Positions 28,988-40,300 of a stretch of DNA of 61,730 nt are shown one piece after another (within the stretch, counting starts at the first letter, position 1; every line of letters starts with the position of its first letter). This DNA is from Candidatus Omnitrophota bacterium (GTDB lineage Bacteria; Omnitrophota; Omnitrophia; Omnitrophales; Aquincolibacteriaceae), in the NCBI GenBank assembly GCA_043821445.1, contig JBDRCT010000021.1:1-61730 (forward strand), in the 5' to 3' direction. The position numbers and the translations under genes are program-made. Below the pieces are notes generated by a model that saw only the letters and a list, made by a program, of their open reading frames with translations, was not told the origin of the DNA and did not search any database.

Positions 28988-29979
28988 GAGAACCGCCTTT
29001 CGAGCTTCCCATTCTTCAAAAGACCGAGAAAAATATCCTCCAGCGTGAGCTGCTGGCGTTGGATCTCTGCAAGCGAAATGCCCTGTTCCACGAAGAGCTT
29101 CATGATGCGGGGCCTGAGATCCAACTCCGGCGAAGTTTCGAAAGAAATAAAAATCTCGCCTCTGACCTCCTCCTCAACCTTCAGGGCCTCGACCTCAGGG
29201 ATCGAACCCAGGAGCTTGAGCGCGAGATCTTGATCTTTCTTGTCCAGGATCCTGATGTGGATCGCCTCGCGATCTTTCAAACATGAGGCAAGTTCCGGAA
29301 CGGTCCCGCTCGCCAGGATCTGCCCTTGATTGATCATCATGACGCGGTCACAAACCATCGAAACCTCAGGCAAAATATGCGTCGAAAGGATCACGGCGCG
29401 GTTCTGCCCCAGGGCGCGGATCAGTTCACGGATCTCTTTGATCTGCGACGGATCAAGTCCTGTCGTCGGTTCATCCAGGATCAGGACCGGCGGATCGGCC
29501 ACGAGGGCCTGGGCGAGCCCGACGCGCTGCCGGTAACCTTTGGAAAGCCGTCCGATCAAACGATGCCCTGAGTCGAGCAGGCCGCAAAACGACATTTTGC
29601 TCCGCAGGTGCCCCTGCAATTCATACGCCGGTACGCCCTTGAGTTTTGCGACGAAGCGCAAATATTCGATCACCTTCATATCGGGATAGAGACTCACGGT
29701 CTCCGGAAGATAGCCGATGGCCCGCTTTGCTTCATGGGGATATTTGAACATATCGACACCGCGAATGAACACCCGCCCGCTTGTGGGAGGAAAAAATCCG
29801 GAAAGAATGCGCATGGCTGTCGTCTTGCCCGCGCCGTTCGGCCCCAAGAATCCGACGATCTCCCCTTCTTTGATCTCGAAGGAAACATCGAGAAGCGCGT
29901 GAAAAGCGCCATATTTCTTGGAAACATTCTCGAACTGGATAAGAGTGGAGGGATCAGGATTATTCATGGACATCGTCAT
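28984..29979 (-). CDS. ABC transporter ATP-binding protein (GldA-like)
   Basis: Walker A GPNGAGKTT, signature LSKGYRQR, Walker B VLILDEP, plus a C-terminal regulatory extension. Confidence 0.88.
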   Translation of the reverse strand: MTMSMNNPDPSTLIQFENVSKKYGAFHALLDVSFEIKEGEIVGFLGPNGAGKTTAMRILSGFFPPTSGRVFIRGVDMFKYPHEAKRAIGYLPETVSLYPDMKVIEYLRFVAKLKGVPAYELQGHLRSKMSFCGLLDSGHRLIGRLSKGYRQRVGLAQALVADPPVLILDEPTTGLDPSQIKEIRELIRALGQNRAVILSTHILPEVSMVCDRVMMINQGQILASGTVPELASCLKDREAIHIRILDKKDQDLALKLLGSIPEVEALKVEEEVRGEIFISFETSPELDLRPRIMKLFVEQGISLAEIQRQQLTLEDIFLGLLKNGKLERRFS

Positions 29980-29991
29980 GCGACATGCTAT

Positions 29992-31209
29992 TTACGACAT
30001 ACTGCTTTGGATTTTTACGAATTTACGTTTGCCGCACTGCAGGACAAAGGGTGCACCGATCGTGATGACCGCCTTCGGGTCCGTGATCTTCTCGTGGCCG
30101 ATCTTCACCCCGCCCTGTTCCATAAGGCGGCGGGCCTCGGATTTGCTTGCCACGAGCTTTGCCTCGACCAAAAGACCCACGATATCGATCGTCTTCTGAG
30201 CAATCTTGACGGTGGGGATCTCATCCGGCATTCCTTTGTTCTTGAAGATCTCATCGAATTCTTCTCTCGCTTTCACGCTCGCTTCGGGACCATAAAAAAA
30301 AGCTACGATCTTCTGTCCCAAATCCGCTTTGCCATCACGAGGATGAAGATCTCCCGATTCTAAATCTTGTTCAAACTGGTTCGCTTCTTCGATCGTGCTG
30401 CCGGTCGTGGCACGATAATACTTAGCCGTCAATTTGTCTGGGATCGACATCACCTTGCCAAACATCTCCCGCGGGCTGTCCTTGAGCGCAATATGATTGC
30501 CCAGGCTTTTGGACATCTTCTGCACGCCATCCAACCCTTCGATCAGAGGCAATGTCATCACGACCTGGGGCTCCTGGCCGTCGATCTTTTGAAGTTCACG
30601 CCCCACCAGCAGATTGAACTTTTGATCTGTCCCGCCGATCTCGATATCGGACTTGATCTCCACGGAATCATGCCCCTGCATCAAGGGATAGAGAAGCTCC
30701 ACCACCGAAATGGGTTCACCTGCTTTGTAGCGCTTCGAGAAGTCGTCGCGCTCCAGGATGCGCGCCACGGTGTACTGCGCCGTGAGTTTGAGAAAATCCT
30801 CAGGCCGCATGATCCCCAGCCATTCTGAATTGTAATGGAGTTCGGTCTTTTTCTTGTCGAGGATGCGGAACACCTGCTCCTGATAGGTCTTAGCGTTCGC
30901 CCGGACCTGCTCTTCGGTAAGCAGAGGCCGCGTCTCGGACCTCCCGGAAGGATCGCCGATCCGCGCCGTGAAATCACCGATAATGAAAACAACGGTATGC
31001 CCCAAGTCCTGAAGCGAACGGAGCTTGCGAAGCGGGACCGTATGGCCGAGGTGAAGGTCCGGCGCCGAAGGGTCGGCCCCGTATTTAATGCGAAGAGGAC
31101 GTTTACTTTTAAAAGAGGCTTCGAGCTTGGCTGTGAGCTCACGTTCGGAAATGAGCTCGACGAGATTTTCCTTAAAAACTTCCAGCTGTTCCTTGACGGG
31201 TAAGAACAT
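29992..31209 (-). CDS. tyrS: Tyrosyl-tRNA synthetase (TyrS) with S4-like C-terminal domain
   Basis: 405 aa with HLGH, IGDPSG and KMSKS motifs and a C-terminal S4 domain (SKSEARRLMEQGGVKI). Confidence 0.92.
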   Translation of the reverse strand: MFLPVKEQLEVFKENLVELISERELTAKLEASFKSKRPLRIKYGADPSAPDLHLGHTVPLRKLRSLQDLGHTVVFIIGDFTARIGDPSGRSETRPLLTEEQVRANAKTYQEQVFRILDKKKTELHYNSEWLGIMRPEDFLKLTAQYTVARILERDDFSKRYKAGEPISVVELLYPLMQGHDSVEIKSDIEIGGTDQKFNLLVGRELQKIDGQEPQVVMTLPLIEGLDGVQKMSKSLGNHIALKDSPREMFGKVMSIPDKLTAKYYRATTGSTIEEANQFEQDLESGDLHPRDGKADLGQKIVAFFYGPEASVKAREEFDEIFKNKGMPDEIPTVKIAQKTIDIVGLLVEAKLVASKSEARRLMEQGGVKIGHEKITDPKAVITIGAPFVLQCGKRKFVKIQSSMS

Positions 31210-31300
31210 TTCCTAAGTCCCAAGTTGGAAAAGAGTTAGAAGATAAAGAGCATTCTAACAGGGTGAGCGAGAGCCGTCAATTTAATGAACTTGAAATGAT

Positions 31301-34300
31301 CTATGCGGCTTTGCCGACTGCGGATTGGGCGAGGTATTGCTGCACGACGGCGCCGAGGATAGAAAGTGAGCCATCTGCATTGGCTTGGAACATTCCCCCG
31401 ATCCCGAAAAAGGCTTCGAGTTGTGTCTTGAGCCATGCCGCCGTCACCGGACCGTCTTCTTTTTTACGCTCCGCGATTAGCTCCGCCATATGAAGGAGCG
31501 TCACGGCAAGGAGAAGTTCCAGGTGATCCCGCATCAGTACGTCATCAGGCGTGTTGCCCGCTTTAAAAGCCACGGAAAGAGGACGGAACCCGAAATCGAC
31601 CATGGAAATGGCCGCCTTCTCCGCCGCCGCATCAAACCCCAGGGGAACCTGCGCATTGGAACCCAGGACCGTTAAGGTGCCTTTCACGGACTTCGGATCG
31701 AGCGGGTGTTCTCTATAAAGACCGGCGGACGCCCTGAGTTCCGGGGTATTCAAGAGCGCGGAATCTGCGATCAATTCTACTTTTCTCCGGCCTGCATAAG
31801 TTTTCAAAACTTGCGCAAAGCGGGACAGGAACGGTTGGTTGGTCTTTTCATCCATCATCAGAGCAACTGAAATACCGGCTTCTTTGGAATCCGCCGGCCT
31901 TGCGGCCCATTTCCGGAAAATCTCCTCTTGGTATTCCTTGATGCGGTCATAAAGTTTCCCGGCTTGAACGGATCTTTGAGCCATTTGTTCTTCCGCCGCT
32001 GTTTTCAACACTTGGATCAACGCTGGCAAGTCTTTCCGTGCTAATTCATAGACAGCGAGAACTTCCGACGTATCCAAGACGACACCCTTCCGTGACGGCT
32101 CCAGCACATTCGCAAGTTTTTCGACCACGAGCGGGACAAGCTGCACCTTTTGAGCGCGAACCTCGCTTCTCCCCGGAACTACAGGTTTGAATAATTTGCT
32201 AAGCGTTTCCACGACTTGATTTTTCCTGACCACCGCGATCCCCAATTGATGGGCCAGATCATTCCGGTTATCAATGTCCTCGCGGGTCGCCATGACGATC
32301 GATATCTCCGGTTTGATCGCTTGGACCTTCCGAATCAGTTCGGCGCCGCTCATTTCCGGCATATGGGCATCCGTCACAACCGCATCCACATCCCTTTTCC
32401 CTAATATTTCCAAGGCTGTTTTCCCGTCGGCGACAGATAAGACCTCGGCTCCCGCTCTTTCAAGAGAACTTTGTATATTCGCCCGGTCCGCAGGATCATC
32501 ATCCACATGCAAGATCACCCGGCCTTTCAGCATTTCCGTTGTCCCGCTTCTTGTTTCGGATCGCTTTTCTTGCGGCACCGCGACCGGGAGCACCTGTCGG
32601 AAATGACGAAGAATCCCCTCTTCACCGGCCTGGGAACGCACCCGCCCATCAACCGATCGGACAAACTTGGCGGCATCTTCAGCCTTCAAACTCCAATAGA
32701 TGCTATTTTCTCCGGGTTCTTTATTGAGCCCGTAAGGACGCAAGGCATCATAGAACCGTTCGGCATCAGGATCTTGCTTTCGGGATGCAAAACGAATCGC
32801 CCCGCGGGTCCTTGCGTCGCTTTGGCTCAGCAAGACTGCCAGCTGGATCAGCCGGGTCCCGACATATTTGAGATTCCTTGCCACGCCCGACGTTCTCTGA
32901 TTATCATCCTGGGCGAGGACATTACCGATCTCCAAAAAGACTTCTTCTCCGGATTGTTTTACTGAAAAAATGAAATGTCCTTCCACGGTCCCTTCGCCAT
33001 CTTTCAGAGCAGCTTCCAGGATCGCGATACCGTCATCGACCTGCTTCTTTTCCCTTGAAAATTCATGCGGCAGGCCTTCATAAAAATAGGGGGCTTCTTC
33101 GATGGGAAGGATCCGGGCGCTCACCGGAACCTTTTGCCCATCCGCCGCTTTAAGAACAAAAGTTTCGTAATGAAAACCAGTCGAGATCCTGCTTTCTGGC
33201 TCAGAGCTCTGATACAGCTCCCGGATTGTACTTTGCGTACCGTTCGCCGCATTAATGGCTGCGGCCCGCATTTCGGAACGAATACCCGTTGCCGCCGCGG
33301 ATACCCGACGAAGAATCACGATCTTGGCTTTGTGAGGTTCGTCACTAACCTCATCGAGAACCTCAAACCCCGCATTCTCGTAATCCTCCTTCGTCACGGG
33401 AAAATCAAGCGTATCCAGGACTTCGTGAATACTGATTCCTCCGGAATTCGTTAAAGCGGCCAGATTAGCCAGCATTCGCCGCCCCAATTCCCGATGCCTA
33501 GCTTGTTTTATTCCCGGAACCAAATCTGTCTCATCGTACTCCCTAAACTGTCCGTCGAAAGTCACATCATCCAAAACATCAAGAACCTGACGACTGAAAG
33601 TCACGTCGTATTTTCCTGGAAGACTTCGCGGCAAATCCAGAATCGATCCCAGAAACACACTCAACCCTTCCCTCTTTCCGAAAGACACCATCTTCGGAGC
33701 AATCTCCAATCCGTCACAACTCATTCCCAATTCTCGCAACGCCATAAGAAAATATCCCTCACGGCTCCCGATCTCCAGCATGCGCTTGGATGACAATGGG
33801 CCCGCATATTTTTTCAACATGCTAAGCAGGGTAGCATATGCCACAGCATTCCCCAGCTCGGCATCGCTTTCTTCAGTTGCGAAATTCAATGTTTCCTTCA
33901 GCTTTTCTTCAATTTGCATAAGCCGTTTAGCGATCTCGTATTGATTTAAAGAAAGCCGGTCGATCTCCGCCAAACCTCGCATTTCGGAACGTTGCTCTTC
34001 CTCAGAGGTTATCTGCCCCATTTCACGATCAAGACTAAAACTCCCGGAAATATCGAGAACATCTGTTCCTGCGTTCACTATTTTGATCGTGGTGCCTTCC
34101 CCCTTGATCCAAAAATCGATCTGTTCCAGGCCCCGGGAGTACGGCCGGGCATGAATGTCCTTGAATTCGTCTTCCTGCGACGGTTCTCCGACATAAACCG
34201 TTTTTCCGCTAACGAGGGTCCTCCCTATTTGCCGGCCGGCCGGGTTAAATTCAAGAACAACATATTTTTGGTCGATGCCGCGCTCAATGCGGAATTGCAT

Positions 34301-37300
34301 CCCGTCCTTACCCCGCACCGAAATATGGATAACGTTTCCGGCTCCGGGACGCAGGTAAAAGGTTTCTTCATTGATTCCGTGATTCGAATCAGGAATTTCT
34401 ACCTTCCTGGAGGAAACTCTCGCCTCTGACCGTACCCCAGGTACAGCCGGAGCTAGGGATTGGCCGCCAAGGTTCTGCAGAATAACGTTAACCTCTCCAT
34501 AGCCCGTCTGACGAAGTGCTTCTGTCAATTCTGCATCACCCTCCAAAGCATCCCGGACATTGAATCCAAATTCCTGAAGGACTTTTACCAATTCTTTTTT
34601 GCGGGGATGATAACGAAAATCCGCATCGGGCCAGTAATGGTCGTCCACGATCCAAAACCCGTTTTCCTTGACCCGGACCTGATCGATAAAATGATCATAA
34701 AAATGCCCCAGGCTTTGTCCGCCATTCTGAAAATAGGCATCGAATTCTCTTCCCATGATCTTTGTCAGCTGTGGGTTCCCGGTCGACTGAAACATGCCCG
34801 GCTCCGTCAAATTTCCGGATCTGACGAAATAAAAGCGTACGTTCCTGTTTTTTCCCGCAGGAAAAGGTTTCTCGAATTCGATGAACAGGATCCCGTTCTC
34901 GTTCGTTCCCCAAGACATCCGGTCAACACCCATGGACCTCAGCGCAGCCCATAACGACAAGGGCAAGCTGACTCCGTAAAGTTCATCTTCCCGGGTAAAA
35001 CCTCGAGTGGCTTTCGTGCGAACAAGGTCGGCCGATTGCTCCGCCAGGTCCGCCACAGAATGAATGGCCGTCTCTTTGGAAAAATCCCCTTTGAACCACC
35101 GGTCGACCCGTTCGACGTCTTCTTTCATAACTCCCTTACTGTCGACCATGACCACCTCGTCCGCGCCCGTGGTCACAAGAACATTCGGCAAATCAATGCC
35201 GGCACCAAAATAAAGGACGCTGTACGGATCACCCTCTGTAATGCCAGACTTTATAAGATTAACTTTTTCACGGATCCGCGAGGCGCGGGAAAATCGTTCG
35301 AACGACATAGACGGCTGAACTTGTTCTTCCGCCACCCCTATCCCTTTTTTAGCTCCCGGAAAAACTTGCTCATACTTCGCTTCTTTTTTTTGCGCCTCGA
35401 CACTCAATTGGAAAGTGTCATCCTCCACGGAGGCGTCATATCCTTTTTCCATCCATACTTTTTTAATGGAAAATCCGGCTTTTTCCGCGACTTTTGCAAG
35501 GAATGTCTTTTTGAAAAGTTCCGCCAGGGACGTCAAACCATCGTTCTGTTCCATAGTTTCCTGATACCGGTACAGCAAAGGAAGGATATCCACGAACAGA
35601 TCTTCTTCATCATCAAGATCCATTCCTTCCGGTAATCCGTCCAGTAAAGACTCGAACTCCTCCAAAAGCGTGTCTGCCTGTGGCAGTTTTTTCAATTGCT
35701 CCACAGCCATACGGGACATTTCAACCAAGGCTGTGGAATTGGTCAGAGGTAAGAACCAGAGAGAAGTCCCCGGATCGAGGCTCTTCAGAAAACCGGTGCG
35801 GATCCCCTGTCCACGATCTACATGGTCCTCGATATGCATATCCGTCAAGATAAGCCTGTGTCCCTGCCATCCTTCCCCAAACGGCGTTCCGGGGAACGGC
35901 GCAAGGGCCATCCATCCTACCGAGCGAGTTCCATTTTTATAAATTTCAAAAAAATGCACAGTTATATCTGCTCCTGGGAAAAGCCCATAGCGTTGGGGAA
36001 TAAGACTGCCCGTAAAAACAAAATTGTAGAGAGCTTGATTATTCCCCGTCACTTGGATCGCTTCGATCTTTTTTATGAGCGCTTCATCCCGCATTTCGGA
36101 GCGGGCTGCATCAAGTCCAGCCTCGGGATACATTTGATGAAGTCCGAAATCGGCTACAATGGCCCGAAGATCTTCCCCGGCTTTGACATCCCCTTCGTAC
36201 CTGACTAACCTCTCTAGAAGCACTGCCGCCTCTTCAAACACCGGATCAATCCTTCGCAGATCCTCAATGACCTGTACCAGGGGAGACGACTCGTGAAAAA
36301 CCTCCTCCGGGTAAGCCAACTGAGCCCAGAATTCATCCGCAAACTTAACCTGATCCTCCCGGCCTATCTTGACACGTTCAATATCCTCGGCAACCTGATC
36401 GTCATACGAAGATTTATTTTTGAGAAAAAATTCCCGCAACACCTTCGGCCCGTTCGCCGATCTGAGGAACGCAACATAGCCTTTTTTCAACGTCTCCCTA
36501 TCCGCCGGATTGGCTTTAACGCGCAGTGCCCAATGAGCCCTCTCATGGCGGAGCACCCACTCCAATTCCGGCTGGCGCACTGTATCATCGGAAACCTGAA
36601 CAGCGGTTGTCCCAATAAATCTGCTTAGCAGATCATCGGGTGTGGACGGCTCCCTTCGCTGGGTCCACCGTGCCAACCCATTCTTGAGTCGTTCGGCCTC
36701 TTTATGCGGTAGTTTTTCCAATAACAATTTTCCTAGCCTATAAAATAAAATTGACAAGCCTTGCGCTCCGGTTTCCAGATTGCTCGCTCCTGCATCTTTT
36801 GCGTGCCAGAATGCCGCTACATTCCCACCATTCCGCCCCGTTCGAAACAGGTGAACAATGTTTCGTTCTCTGCTATTATCCGCCTTGATCGGATCGCCAA
36901 AATTTAACACCGTTTCCCGAAGATCCCGATCAGCGGCGATCCTTTGGAGAAGGGTCATATAGACAAAGAATAAACGGTCAACGACCATCAGGTCTGGTGC
37001 CATCATCTTCCACGCCCCCGGCAGCACGACACGGACAGGTAACGAAATACGATTAGCGCTTCGCAGCTGCCCGCCTGCATCCCGCATTTCAGAACGACCA
37101 GCGAACGGCAGAGAACCTCCCCGCAATGCGGGCTGGTCAAAGGGAATGGCAATCGGAACGCTTTCATTTTGTGATCCGTCACCGAAAAGGTCACTGGGAA
37201 AATTGAATGGGCGAAACTGCACGCCTTCCTCAAGTAAAGTCTGCTGTTGCGTCTGGAATATCCTGTGTTCGATCTGCGGTGTACTCCCTTGAACCAAAAG

Positions 37301-40300
37301 AGTGGCCGCTTCGAGCGGAAGCATCGCTGTCCGGACAGCATTGATCTTTCTATCGATCGTGGCCAACCGGGGGCCAAAAACCCGGGCCGAATCATCCGAC
37401 ATGAAACGTACCCAATCAGCCAGATTCGTACTCTTATTATCGGTGAATTGTCGTAAGATCAATTCCCGCGGGACCATGGCACCGTTGACTTTCTGCAGAA
37501 TCATGAGCTTCAAAACAGGAAATTCCTTTGTCCTTCCGGTAGGGTACCTGACCCCCAGGATATAAAGGCCTCCTTCATCTAGTTTCTCGGTAGACTGCCT
37601 GACAATATCCGCGACTTCATCGGGCCTGTAAAACTGCATGACATTGAATAAAATGATGACCTTAACCCTCAGGGGCCTTCCCCCTTTGTCCGCAAAATCA
37701 AAACCAAGAAGACGCTGGTCCGCTTTCTTCAGTACGATCTTGTCGGAAGGATGAAGTGTGATCGCAACACCGCTCGGTTCCTTCGGGTCGACAGCGTAAA
37801 TATACGGCGCCGGAAATGCCTCGTGAAGGTCCAGAGCACCGTAACCGGTGCTCGTCCCAAGATCCACGATGGCGGTTTGCTCCGTCAGTTCACTCGCCGG
37901 AAGATAAAGATTGCCCTCTCCCTTGATCCATTGGATAATTGGCGCATACCGGCCGGGCAAATTTAATGTCTCGATTTCCGCAATCTTGTCTTGTAATTCT
38001 CTTTCGCTTAAGGACCCCACGACAGGTTTTTCCTCCCGTGATTCGGACCGTTGACCTGCAGAAGATGTGAAAACGGAATAGGAATTCTTGAACCTTGGCT
38101 GATCGATCCTTGCCGAAGGAAAACCAAACGCCGCCAGCACGCCTCCCTCCGGCTTTGGAGACGTTCCTTCCCATGGTTTATCGATCGTCCGTGCGACCCA
38201 CCACCCCTTGCGCGCAAAAAAACGTTCGGGAATATAGTCCACCATAAAGCTTAGAGAATCTCCCCATCGAGGGCGGGTCCCGTCATCCTGTTGCCCATCA
38301 AGGATCACTTCCAAACCCTTCTCAAAACTTCTCACCGTCATGATGACCGATGTATTGCCTTTGTCCCGCATCGATTCCAAAGTTCTCTCAACCCCCCGGA
38401 CGAGCTGCTCGACATCCGAAAGCACATTGCTTAAAGGATCGATCCACGTCACCAAACCACTGCGTTCGCTTTCACGGTAAATGAGGTCGATGATCCGGTC
38501 CATATCCCTGACCGAAACCCTGTAACTTTGTTCGCCCAGGCGCTTGCCGTAGATCTCAGGAGAAACAAAACTGAAAGAAGATCCTGTTGCCGATCGCTTT
38601 AACGGCGGAGAGAATGAAGGAATGTCTGTCAAAACGAGGTCATAGATAGACCGGGGAGCGTCTTTGAACATCCGGTACGTTTCTTTATGAGGAGCGATGC
38701 CGCCATCGCGGACCAATGCCCTCAATCTCGACTGCTCGACCGGGGAATCCAAGAGAACATCGACGATATGGTCTTCATATCCCGTCAAAAAATTCGGCGT
38801 ATAAACCCCCGAAATGATCACCAGCCGCTTGCCTTGCGTGAGAAGCGCATCCAGATCATCCTTAAAAAAATCCAACTTGAACGGTGTCTCATGGGACCAA
38901 CTGCCCAAATAATCGTCTGTTTCCATAAAAGCAATGTCTTCCGGACCGTATTCCCCCACCCCCTGACTTTGAAGAAGTTTGGCGATCTCGGTCTTGCCGT
39001 TACCCGAAGCACCCACAAGGATCAGGATCTGGTAATCCTGTCCGTTCCTTCTCTCCGCCAATTTTTCGCCGATAGGTTCCATGACCTTTGCCCGGAATTC
39101 GGGATCCACCGCATCGGACGAACGAATCTCAGAACGCAACCGGGCCATCGCTTCCTTGACCAGAGCCGCCCGGTCCATGCCGACCTCCTGGTCCTCCACC
39201 AATCTCTTAAATGTTCCATAACCATACTGGTGGACCGAAGGGGTGAAAAACACGACGTGTTCATAAGGCGCTTCGATTGCCAAAAGGTCATGGATCGTTC
39301 CCGGCTGAACGAACGCGGCATCGCCCGGCCGGAGATACAGTATCTCGGGGCGATAATGACCCGTTGGATCTTTGATAAAATACACGAGCGCAGCCGCGCC
39401 TCGGGTGACCACATAGGTCTCGACCAGCTCCCAGTTCCCGTTCAAAATAGGATGTTCATGCAGATTTTCGGCGGTCCTGAGATCATGAAAAGAAAATACC
39501 CCTGAATGTTCGGGATATTCGACGCGGGAAACCCCAACAATAGGGGGGAACCGACTCCGGGGAAAACGCTGGGTGGTTGAATCCGTGATCCAGCCCATCT
39601 CACCTTCGACGCCGTTCTTGAGGTCGTACCAATTTTTCCTGTCCCGGTGCCGGTAGACCACCACACCGCCTTTTTCCCAAGCTTTTCCGGTAACATTTTT
39701 CCCGGAATCTTCTTCCCGCCACTCATACCAGGCCGGAGATTTGTCCAGCGTGATCACCACGATATCTCCCCGGGTGACCGCCACGGAAGCCGTTGTGTGA
39801 TGGCTCATTCCAATCACGCCGGGTTCGGAAAGCTTAAAAGACTCGCCTTCTGTCGTCACGATCGCCTCAGCGCCCGCCGGAACGACCACCTGGGTTTCGT
39901 GTTCAAAAACATTTGTTCTTTTTAAAAATTCTTTCGCTGTCGCCCCTTGATACATAACCGTCCGGGTCTTGCTCGCCTCGCCCACAAAATCGTCCACATG
40001 ATAACCGCCATCCGCATGAGGCGTAAGCAGCTCCTTCCCCGTTGACGTCAGCCGCACCACCCCCGGGCCGGGTTGTGAGACGGTGACGTCCCGCACTTCC
40101 GCCCGATTTGGAGAATCAGGACGGATCCGTCCTTCGCTTTGCGAAGGCGGATCGGAACGGCGATTTTCTGTCTCCTGCAGATTTGTAGCAGGTGGAAATG
40201 CTTTCTTTAAAAATTCTTCGGTCAATGCCATAAATTCAGACTCGCCGATACCCGCGGACCCTGTCCTGTCTGCCTCTGCAAACGCGCGCTCCGCATCGGC

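Noticed and set aside
30928-30942. An RSETR pentapeptide in TyrRS (IGDPSGRSETRPLL), considered as a 35th junction motif.
   Set aside because: It lies inside the conserved GDP[ST]G[KR]...R region of the TyrRS catalytic domain, not at a domain boundary. It is best explained as a chance match.
38687-39505. Plus-strand ORFs of 100-290 aa scattered through the giant-ORF region (for example 35036-35635, 38687-39505, 43991-44857, 50413-50895, 51214-51924, 54385-55017).
   Set aside because: All lie antisense to the uninterrupted giant ORFs, which carry verifiable enzyme domains in the minus frame. Their composition is typical of antisense translation.
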